Positions 8,932-15,734 of a DNA stretch of 24,000 bases are shown here, one piece after another. The first letter of the stretch is position 1, and the number at the start of each line of letters is the position of its first letter. Made by a program: the position numbers and the translations under genes. The notes beneath the pieces are model-generated. The model was given only the letters and a program-made list of their open reading frames with translations, searched no databases and was not told where the DNA came from. Origin of the DNA: Parcubacteria group bacterium (GTDB taxonomy: Bacteria > Patescibacteriota > Minisyncoccia > Phycocordibacterales > JABMNX01); NCBI GenBank assembly GCA_016784305.1, contig JADHUY010000007.1, positions 2,340 through 26,339 of the forward strand, written 5' to 3'.

Positions 8932-9255
8932 TTACTTTCTAAATGATTTCATGACAGTTACTAAGTCCTTAACAAATGCGGTATTGGTAAGCTCGTAACA
9001 CGCTGATTTGCCCTCTCTAAAACATTTCACTATCCCTTTGTCCTCAAGCTTACTTAATTGATGTGACGTGGCAGAATGTGATATTCCAACTTCATCAGCA
9101 ATCTCATAAACACACATTCCATTTTTAGCACGATGAAGTAGGCACAATATCTTAAAGCGAGTAGGGTCTGAAAGTAGGCGAAACGACGTTGTCGTTCGCA
9201 CAATCCTATCTACATCTGTAATGTCTATAGTTTTCATATATGCACGTATGTTCAT
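8932..9255 (-). CDS. ArsR/SmtB-family winged-helix transcriptional regulator
   Basis: LSDPTRFKILCLL...MCVYEIADEVGISHSATSHQLSKLEDKGIV is the ArsR HTH pattern. The classical CVC metal site is reduced to a single Cys. Confidence 0.8.
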   Translation of the reverse strand: MNIRAYMKTIDITDVDRIVRTTTSFRLLSDPTRFKILCLLHRAKNGMCVYEIADEVGISHSATSHQLSKLEDKGIVKCFREGKSACYELTNTAFVKDLVTVMKSFRK

Positions 9256-9288
9256 ATATTAATACAACTGCCTTCCTTTGTAAACTCT

Positions 9289-9322
9289 CCACCACTACTT
9301 CGATTAGTCGAAGTGGCGGTGG
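9289..9322. promoter_or_regulatory. imperfect inverted repeat upstream of the ArsR-like gene, flanked by 12-nt direct repeats (candidate operator)
   Basis: The stem ccaccactacttcga / tcgaagtggcggtgg has 13 Watson-Crick pairs, 1 GU and 1 mismatch. The exact 12-mer tcatatattaat occurs at 9252-9263 (overlapping the start codon) and at 9325-9336. Confidence 0.35.
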
Positions 9323-9377
9323 AATCATATATTAATTTCATATTCTACAAACCCAATATTCTATAGCTAAGTCCAAT

Positions 9378-9427
9378 AGCACAACACCAGAACCTTGCGA
9401 TATATCGCAAGGTTCTGGTGTTGTGCT
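9378..9427. repeat. 50-nt perfect palindrome between divergent genes
   Basis: agcacaacaccagaaccttgcgata | tatcgcaaggttctggtgttgtgct, with the 25-nt arms checked base by base. The core ccttgcgatatatcgcaagg is related to the hairpin at 17530-17549. Confidence 0.9.
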
Positions 9428-9477
9428 TATTAAGTTTCTTATGTCTACGTATAACAACTCTGTGATACGATTTCAGT

Positions 9478-9786
9478 ATGTACAATCCCCAAAACCTAAA
9501 TGAGTGTGAGAAGGAGAAGAAGTATAAAAAAAGAAAGTTCGCTGACTCCGCAATGGTGGTAATTGGCGTTGTTGCATCTCTTTCAAGCATCCCGCAAGTC
9601 TTAAAGATAATAGAAACTGGCACAGTCGCCGGACTTTCTTTTGCAACACAAGCCATAGCCCTTACCACAGTTATAGCTTGGTTTTCCTATGGCATTTATA
9701 TCAAAAACAAACCGCTTATCATCACCACAGGAATATCAACAATCGTTTTATTTATTGTCATTATCCAAATGCTCTACTACGCTTAA
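9478..9786 (+). CDS. SemiSWEET-like PQ-loop small membrane transporter
   Basis: Three predicted TM helices with the SSIPQVLKIIETG PQ-loop motif. The true start may be the internal Met at 9553 (MVVIGV...). Confidence 0.65.
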   Translation: MYNPQNLNECEKEKKYKKRKFADSAMVVIGVVASLSSIPQVLKIIETGTVAGLSFATQAIALTTVIAWFSYGIYIKNKPLIITTGISTIVLFIVIIQMLYYA

Positions 9787-9872
9787 GTTCTGGACGTCGG
9801 ACGTCTAGAAGTTGGTCTACTAGTTAACACAAAAAGACCACCTGCCAAAGAAAAGTGTGCCCGAGATAACGC

Positions 9873-10622
9873 CTACAAATCTTTAAGCTCACCAACCTCC
9901 TTAATGATTTTCTCCATACTATCAAGTAAAGAGTCTTCACTAGGGTCTATTGTAACATCAGGGTTTTTTGGTATCTCATATGGATATTCCTTGTCATCCA
10001 CCTCATGTTTTATATAAATCCAATATGGATTTGCTATCTCGCTAATCTTCTTTCTTGCATCTTCAAACGGTGCTATTACAGAAACCACTACGTTGTGCCC
10101 TTGAAGGTTTAAGACTTTTGCAAGCCGTGCGACACGCAGATTATGTTCTTCGCGGTCTTCCTTACTAAAGCTCATATCCGTTGATATTGAAGCGCGCAAC
10201 TCGTCCCCATCAAGAACTATCGCATTCAATTTGTCTTTAAGGAGATACGCAATGCTAGTTTTACCTGCACCAGAGTTTCCAGTAAGCCAAACGACTCTTT
10301 TCTTGCTGTCTCTTATTTTTGTTGCAGAAATTTCTTCAGTTTGCTTGTCAACCCTAATATGACGCACACCCCAGCCAACATCACGCCCATAGCAGACATC
10401 TTTAATATCAGGTATTGGAATTACCTCAATATTTGGGTTGTCACCGTACACTTCTTTTATTCGCTTTATCCTATCTGAAACTGTGTACGGATCCTTTTCA
10501 GAAATCGGAGTGTCTCTTACCGCTATTACAACCTTACCCCCCTCATCAAGTACAACATTGATTATTTTTTGATGACCATCATGAAATGGCTGATAACGAC
10601 CTATAAAAAGAGACTTTCGCAT
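9873..10622 (-). CDS. fusion protein: cytidylyltransferase-like (NadM-type HxGH) nucleotidyltransferase + adenylylsulfate-kinase-like P-loop kinase
   Basis: The N-terminal part has FIGRYQPFHDGH and ISATKIR (the HxGH and ISSTxIR motifs). The C-terminal part has WLTGNSGAGKTSIA, LDGDELR, SKEDREEHNLR and SVIAP, as in CysC-type kinases. Confidence 0.65.
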   Translation of the reverse strand: MRKSLFIGRYQPFHDGHQKIINVVLDEGGKVVIAVRDTPISEKDPYTVSDRIKRIKEVYGDNPNIEVIPIPDIKDVCYGRDVGWGVRHIRVDKQTEEISATKIRDSKKRVVWLTGNSGAGKTSIAYLLKDKLNAIVLDGDELRASISTDMSFSKEDREEHNLRVARLAKVLNLQGHNVVVSVIAPFEDARKKISEIANPYWIYIKHEVDDKEYPYEIPKNPDVTIDPSEDSLLDSMEKIIKEVGELKDL

Positions 10623-10726
10623 ATATATATTTAAAATTAATCTGTTACCTCTACTCTAACCAGATATTGTTAAATAAGTTTTACGATTTGTAGTGTAACA
10701 CTTGTTTGGGTGCCTGACCTAGAATT

Positions 10727-10768
10727 GGCGTCAGGTCACTAACCTATTACTCCAGTATACTGGAGTAA
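10727..10768 (-). repeat. 18-nt box (ggcgtcaggtcactaacc) plus 22-nt perfect palindrome ttactccagta|tactggagtaa
   Basis: A near-identical module occurs at 17673-17721, with the box matching 17/18 and the same palindrome core. It lies downstream of tRNA-His on the minus strand. Confidence 0.85.
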
Positions 10769-10844
10769 CGCAATGTCATCTTAGTAGGGTGCACCCATCC
10801 GGGTACACTGCAGAAATCATAGTCGCTCTGCTCCTTATTTCTGG

Positions 10845-10916
10845 GTGCCTACCGGGAATTGAACCCGGATTTGAGGTTCCACAAACCTCTGTAATAACCG
10901 TTATACCATAGGCACC
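10845..10916 (-). tRNA. tRNA-His (anticodon GTG) with encoded G-1
   Basis: Manual fold of the reverse complement:
- G-1 followed by acceptor GTGCCTA/TAGGCAC.
- Anticodon arm GAGGT-TTGTGGA-ACCTC.
- T arm CCGGG-TTCAATT-CCCGG.
- Discriminator C. Confidence 0.85.
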
Positions 10917-11049
10917 ATGTCTGCTTAAATTTCCGACCGGCTTGTGTCGGTCGCACCCAAAGGGCACTTGCTGTTTGTTGCCAAGCAAAGCTTGGGCAAA
11001 CAGGTTGCAAATTTTGGCTTATTATAGCCGAAATTTGAATATAAGATAG

Positions 11050-11601
11050 CTATTTATAGTCTGGAGACTCCTCACTTATACCAGATTTATGGTTACTCAG
11101 TCTAGCTAAAGCATAAAGTAATGAGGATAGCCTGTTTAAATACGCCAGCGTGTGTTCTCCCATCTTTGCATTTTTACTCTCTACAACCTCTATTGTGCGC
11201 CTCTCGGCGCGCCTTGCTAGGGTTCTTGCTACATCAAAGCGCGAAGCTAATTCTGTTCCCCCTCCAATAAAGAATGTCTTTATTGGAGGAAGCTCCGTCT
11301 CAATATCATTTATAAGTGTTTCCATCTCTTTTAGCTTCTCCTCCTTTATAGTCTTGTCTGCGCCAGCAAGCTCCGCCTGAACAATAAAAAGGTCTTTCTG
11401 CACATCATGAACAAGTATTTCAACACTACTTCCCAAGACTGAAATATCATATTTCTCTGCCTCAACCTTAACAAGCCCAAGAAAAGAATTAAGTTCATCC
11501 AGTGTGCCAAGAGCCTCTACAACAGAAGAAGCTTTTGACATTTTCTTATCACTTCCAAAAACCTTAGTCTTCCCTTTATCTCCCTTTCCAGTAAAAAGCA
11601 T
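11050..11601 (-). CDS. PduO-type ATP:cob(I)alamin adenosyltransferase family protein
   Basis: TGKGDKGKTKVFG...VVEALGTLDELNSFLGLV...RTLARRAERR is the typical PduO/MMAB family pattern. Confidence 0.8.
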   Translation of the reverse strand: MLFTGKGDKGKTKVFGSDKKMSKASSVVEALGTLDELNSFLGLVKVEAEKYDISVLGSSVEILVHDVQKDLFIVQAELAGADKTIKEEKLKEMETLINDIETELPPIKTFFIGGGTELASRFDVARTLARRAERRTIEVVESKNAKMGEHTLAYLNRLSSLLYALARLSNHKSGISEESPDYK

Positions 11602-11634
11602 ACTCGTATTATACTAAAACAACCCATTCTTCAT

Positions 11635-13095
11635 ATGTTTTCCAAACTTAGAAAATTCAGCCTATTAGAGTCAGCCCTATCTGGACTATTTGTTGGCATC
11701 CCTTTTGTTTTCCCTCTTTTGTGGCCTTTAGTATTTGTAGGCTTTCCTCTCTATATAAACCGCATACGAAAACTCACATCATCAACTCACGCTCTTTTAA
11801 ATGGATGGATATTTGGGGCAGTATTTATTGCCACGTACTCAATACCACTATTTGATACATACCCACTTCCTGATTTCTGGGGCGTGTCTCAATACCGTGG
11901 ACTACTCTACATAGCAATAGTATGGGCCCTAACTTCAATTGTACTTGGAGTTATTCCCGCCATATGGTCACTGGTTGTAAAAAATATAAGAAATACAACA
12001 ACTTTTCTTCTCATAGCTCCACTCCTATGGGTTATTAGTGAGTATCTAAGGGCTCTTCTTCTATCCTTTTATTTAATAGGAGAAAACACAGAGCTTGGTG
12101 CAGACTTTTCATTTGGCTTTATAGGCTACACGGTAACAAATACTCAACTACTACTACTGGCAAAGTTTGGTGGTGTATATATGCTTAGCTTTGCGATTGT
12201 AGCTCTATCTGCGTACATATCGCTAATTCTTAAAGAGCGCTTGCTTGCTTACTCTAAAAGTACGATTCTATTAACCGTTTTGGCCGTATACACATTAGCA
12301 ACATTTATACTGCCACAACCTATCTCTATAACCATAAACCCAGAGGAGCCTATAGTAATAAAAGAACTGTCGGTATTTCCTGTTCCCACCACCTCTACTC
12401 TTGGGCAAGAGACTATTGAAGGAAAGACTCTCCGAACAGAAACTATTTTCTCAAAAATACTAGACGTGGTTTCATACACAGAAGACCCAATTTTATTTGT
12501 ACTACCTGAAAATTCAGACTTCATTAACAGGCTCGCATTACTCCCAACTGAAAAACAAACATTGTTTCAAAGCCAACTTAAAGACCGAGATATTACCATA
12601 GTAGATTCAAGTCCGGAGATATCTGAATGGAAGACCATATATAAAAACACTATTAGATTTTGGACGCCAGAAGGCGGAATTGTGTCCATTGGATACAAAG
12701 AAGGAATAGTTCCGTTTGGTGAGTATATGCCAGTAATATACAAAAAATTATTCTCACTATTAAGCTCCGTCCCAGAATCTTCAATAGAATCCAAAAGGCC
12801 TCACATACCAGAGAAGGACTTGATGGCAGAGCACACTATGGGTGACATAAAAATAAGCGCCCTTTCTTGTTCAGAAATATACAATCCATCTTCATACAAA
12901 AACCTAGCCAAAGACAATGCCGATATACTAGTTAACGTTGCATCTTACGCAATGTTTAACGCCGACAAAAAAGAAGGTCTTCTTATTTGGCCAGAAATAA
13001 TGGCCATGGCGAAAACCCACGCTATGTGGGCAGGCAAACCTTATGTGCAAGCATCTAATGACGCTCCTGCATTTGTTATTGTTCCTAGATTTTAA
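11635..13095 (+). CDS. lnt: apolipoprotein N-acyltransferase-like protein (polytopic N-domain + CN-hydrolase domain)
   Basis: About 7 N-terminal TM helices precede a C-terminal nitrilase-like domain with VLPENSDF (Glu) and LSCSEIYNP (Cys). Confidence 0.6.
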   Translation: MFSKLRKFSLLESALSGLFVGIPFVFPLLWPLVFVGFPLYINRIRKLTSSTHALLNGWIFGAVFIATYSIPLFDTYPLPDFWGVSQYRGLLYIAIVWALTSIVLGVIPAIWSLVVKNIRNTTTFLLIAPLLWVISEYLRALLLSFYLIGENTELGADFSFGFIGYTVTNTQLLLLAKFGGVYMLSFAIVALSAYISLILKERLLAYSKSTILLTVLAVYTLATFILPQPISITINPEEPIVIKELSVFPVPTTSTLGQETIEGKTLRTETIFSKILDVVSYTEDPILFVLPENSDFINRLALLPTEKQTLFQSQLKDRDITIVDSSPEISEWKTIYKNTIRFWTPEGGIVSIGYKEGIVPFGEYMPVIYKKLFSLLSSVPESSIESKRPHIPEKDLMAEHTMGDIKISALSCSEIYNPSSYKNLAKDNADILVNVASYAMFNADKKEGLLIWPEIMAMAKTHAMWAGKPYVQASNDAPAFVIVPRF

Positions 13096-13101
13096 GTGCA
13101 C

Positions 13102-13737
13102 CTATTTCATAAACGCAAAGCTATGATGAAATATATATGTCGCTACAGTGTAAACTCCGTATGCTATAAAAGGCGCGGCAAATACATCTATTGAGTAATG
13201 AACGTGACTAAAAAGTGTAGACGCACCGAGGAAAATTGAAACTGCAATAAAAAAATACCTTAATTTTTCTTTCTTCCAAAAGATTAAAGCGAAAAGAAAA
13301 GGTATGGCGACGTGGCCCGAAAAGAAAAGGTCCCCTCCAAATGTAGTAAGGGAGCCGATTATAGGAGACGCATCAGGATATATACCAAGGTAGGTCATGT
13401 TTATAAATGCGGCTCGGGTAAGTATTAAAAGGGCAAGAGTTAGAAGGGCAAACGGCATATGCCTAGGAAAGAACCACAAAAGACCTAATACGGTGAAAAT
13501 AAGTATGTTTGAAACCCCAAGATGAACAATGGCGGCCCACTGTGAAAGTGGAATAATTTCAAGCAGAAAGTCTTTTACTGGAAGGCCTGCATTTAGCGTC
13601 GCGAAACGACCAGCATAATAATTTATTATGTATACGAGGACCAAAGAAAATATTCCTAACCCAGAGAAAAAAACATAAGAAGATTTTTCCATGAGAGTCT
13701 CATATTCTTTTGCTATACGATAAAACTTTTGCTTCAT
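13102..13737 (-). CDS. PAP2_C / sphingomyelin-synthase-like lipid phosphotransferase
   Basis: A polytopic protein with GGDLFFSGHVAIPF and HVHYSIDVFAAPFIAY. These correspond to the SMS-family D3 (GDxxxSGH) and D4 (HYxxDV) motifs. Confidence 0.65.
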   Translation of the reverse strand: MKQKFYRIAKEYETLMEKSSYVFFSGLGIFSLVLVYIINYYAGRFATLNAGLPVKDFLLEIIPLSQWAAIVHLGVSNILIFTVLGLLWFFPRHMPFALLTLALLILTRAAFINMTYLGIYPDASPIIGSLTTFGGDLFFSGHVAIPFLFALIFWKKEKLRYFFIAVSIFLGASTLFSHVHYSIDVFAAPFIAYGVYTVATYIFHHSFAFMK

Positions 13738-14588
13738 AGTTCTTGTAGTGCAGTTAAGCGCTCAAAGTTTGCTGAAAACAAAATATGTAATATTGTCCAT
13801 GCGAAAAAATACGTTTGGTCAAACATATACACAAGAACAGGTGCAGATGAGGTATATGTGTATAGAAAATATGCCCCTATTACTAAAGTATTAACAACCA
13901 AAATATTAAATACATATTTCTTTAGTTGCCCCTTACTGACCTCAATAGAACGGAAAGTATAGAAGATATACCATCTAGCGTAATGAAAAAGAACAATAAA
14001 ACCGAGCATGGCCTCAATACTTATCTTCACGTCCATAAGGTTAACCATCACTAAAACGGCACTACTAGTAAGAATTAACATCTCAGATGCATTTAGCTCC
14101 TTTCTCTGAATCGCCTTAACAATAAATGGAAGGCTCAGAAATAAAGCAAGCAGTGGCAAGAAAAATCCAAAATCAATTGCATATCCATCTTTAAATAGAA
14201 GTGCACTGTATAAAAGCACGAATCCCACCCCAACCAGTGATCTCTCTAGAGTGAATTTAGTATGCGCCACGTAAAGCTCATCAACAAAAAAATGAATAGC
14301 AAATATTATTCCTGCCATCACAAGAAACAGTGACTCTTTTTGCGGAGCAGACAATATAAGCGCCCACAGAAACCCTAATGCGGCCGCGTATAGTAGGACA
14401 AATTTAACCCCAATCTTTCCTGCTCTCCACTGGTATATATAAGAAATGATAAAATGCGCCTGACCAAGGACAATAAATAGAGTGATTATATTGTGTGGCG
14501 CAAGTATTACTACGGCAAGGAGTGACGAAAGTAGGGCCACCATAAAACCGGTTGAACTTGCCAAAGAAACGTTTTTTGTAAGAAACAT
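13734..14588 (-). CDS. polytopic membrane protein of unknown function with intramembrane His residues
   Basis: About 9 hydrophobic segments. His motifs are GQAHFII, AIHFFVDE, LFHYARWY and TILHILF. Its stop overlaps the start of the PAP2_C gene by 4 nt. Confidence 0.5.
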   Translation of the reverse strand: MFLTKNVSLASSTGFMVALLSSLLAVVILAPHNIITLFIVLGQAHFIISYIYQWRAGKIGVKFVLLYAAALGFLWALILSAPQKESLFLVMAGIIFAIHFFVDELYVAHTKFTLERSLVGVGFVLLYSALLFKDGYAIDFGFFLPLLALFLSLPFIVKAIQRKELNASEMLILTSSAVLVMVNLMDVKISIEAMLGFIVLFHYARWYIFYTFRSIEVSKGQLKKYVFNILVVNTLVIGAYFLYTYTSSAPVLVYMFDQTYFFAWTILHILFSANFERLTALQEL

Positions 14589-14688
14589 ATGGTGCTAAAT
14601 GTATGAAATAACCAACTCTACTTTGTTGGATATTTTAGCACGAACTTTTTCCTTTTGGTGTATGACATTAAAGATAGTTCGAGTGCGT

Positions 14689-14745
14689 TTCGCCATAGCG
14701 CACAAGCTTCCAGTAGCTAAGTGGGCACCTATGCGCTATGGCGAA
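14689..14745. repeat. 14-bp perfect stem with a 29-nt loop
   Basis: ttcgccatagcgca (14689-14702) pairs with tgcgctatggcgaa (14732-14745). The loop contains gtagctaagtggg, which resembles a tRNA D-arm. Confidence 0.8.
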
Positions 14746-14965
14746 TACGTATAGTAGTCAATGTTCAACTACAAAAAAATAGCACGGTCTGTACTGGTTG
14801 TCAAGAGGTTGTAAATCAAAAACGGCTATTGTGAGCCACTTAAAGTGAATTCAAAAAACTTCTTTTCAACCAAAAACCGCGTTTTCAATTTCGTTCCCAA
14901 AAACTGTACGATTTGGGAGCCGAGCGACGCAGAATGAGCTTCTATGCATTGATTTTTCACTCTTG

Positions 14966-15049
14966 TGCCCAGGACAGGAATTGCACCTGCACGTCCGTAA
15001 GGACACTAGCCCCTCAAGCTAGCGCGTCTACTAATTCCGCCACCTGGGC
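14966..15049 (-). tRNA. tRNA-Leu (anticodon GAG), class II long variable arm
   Basis: Manual fold:
- Acceptor GCCCAGG/CCTGGGC.
- Anticodon arm CTAGC-TTGAGGG-GCTAG.
- Variable arm GTCCTTACGGAC.
- T arm GCAGG-TGCAATT-CCTGT. The T-loop reads TGC instead of the usual TTC. Confidence 0.8.
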
Positions 15050-15099
15050 CTACCAGTATTTTACCCTAACACCAACTATGCCGAAGTTGGTGTGCGTGC

Positions 15100-15729
15100 T
15101 TACTCTTTCTTTCCTAAATCAGCCTCTGGCTGATCGGACGAACTAGCAGAGCTAGTTTTAGTCTCCTTCGCGTCCTCTTTAGGAGTTTCTTCGCTAACTG
15201 CAGGGTCAGCTTCTTCAACCTTTTCTTCCTCTACTACAACCTCTTCTTTTACTTCTTCTGGCTCTGCCTCTACTTCAGCCTCCTTAGCAGCCTCTTCGGC
15301 CTCCTTTAGAGCAGCCTTTGTTTTCTCTTCGGTGTCGCTCATTGTTTTAAGATCTACTATTTGCATCCTTCTCATAGCGCGACGAATCTCGCGGGTTACT
15401 TTCTCCCTTATGTGATAAAGCTTTGCACGGCGCACCTTTGCTCGCTTAACTATTTCAACTCTATCTATCATCGGAGAATAAAGAGGATAAATCTTCTCAA
15501 CACCAATGCCCCCAGTCATTCTTCGCACAGTAAATGTTCCTCCTGCTTCATTGCCATGCTTGCGAGCTAGTACCACACCCTCAAAAGCCTGAAGCCTTGT
15601 CTTTCCTTTTTCTTGGATTTTTTGCCAAACACGAACAGTATCCCCCGGCCTTATACCGATGTTTTTTCTGTCTTCTATATTTACTGGTGAAATTACTGCC
15701 TGTTCCATATAACGAGAGTACTCTAACAC
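15100..15729 (-). CDS. rplS: 50S ribosomal protein L19 with a ~90-aa acidic C-terminal extension
   Basis: [33 protein letters not shown]...FTVRR...[19 protein letters not shown] is the L19 core. The track start is GTG, and ATG at 15708 (MEQAV...) is the likelier start. Confidence 0.9.
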   Translation of the reverse strand: MLEYSRYMEQAVISPVNIEDRKNIGIRPGDTVRVWQKIQEKGKTRLQAFEGVVLARKHGNEAGGTFTVRRMTGGIGVEKIYPLYSPMIDRVEIVKRAKVRRAKLYHIREKVTREIRRAMRRMQIVDLKTMSDTEEKTKAALKEAEEAAKEAEVEAEPEEVKEEVVVEEEKVEEADPAVSEETPKEDAKETKTSSASSSDQPEADLGKKE

Positions 15730-15734
15730 AGCCT

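Noticed and set aside
9345-9668. 107-aa ORF on the minus strand.
   Set aside because: It spans the 50-nt palindrome and is antisense to the SemiSWEET-like gene. It has no recognisable family and a low-complexity translation.
10727-10768. Integron attC site, because the box ends in CTAAC next to an imperfect palindrome.
   Set aside because: - The box (CACTAAC/TTCTAAC) does not fit the RYYYAAC / GTTRRRY core consensus.
- The palindromes are perfect, without the extrahelical bases typical of attC.
- There is no intI gene and no cassette ORFs.
10776-10988. 70-aa ORF on the minus strand.
   Set aside because: It runs straight through tRNA-His (10845-10916) and the flanking hairpins, so it is spurious.
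14913-15146. 77-aa ORF on the plus strand.
   Set aside because: It is antisense to tRNA-Leu and to the 3' end of rplS, so it is spurious.
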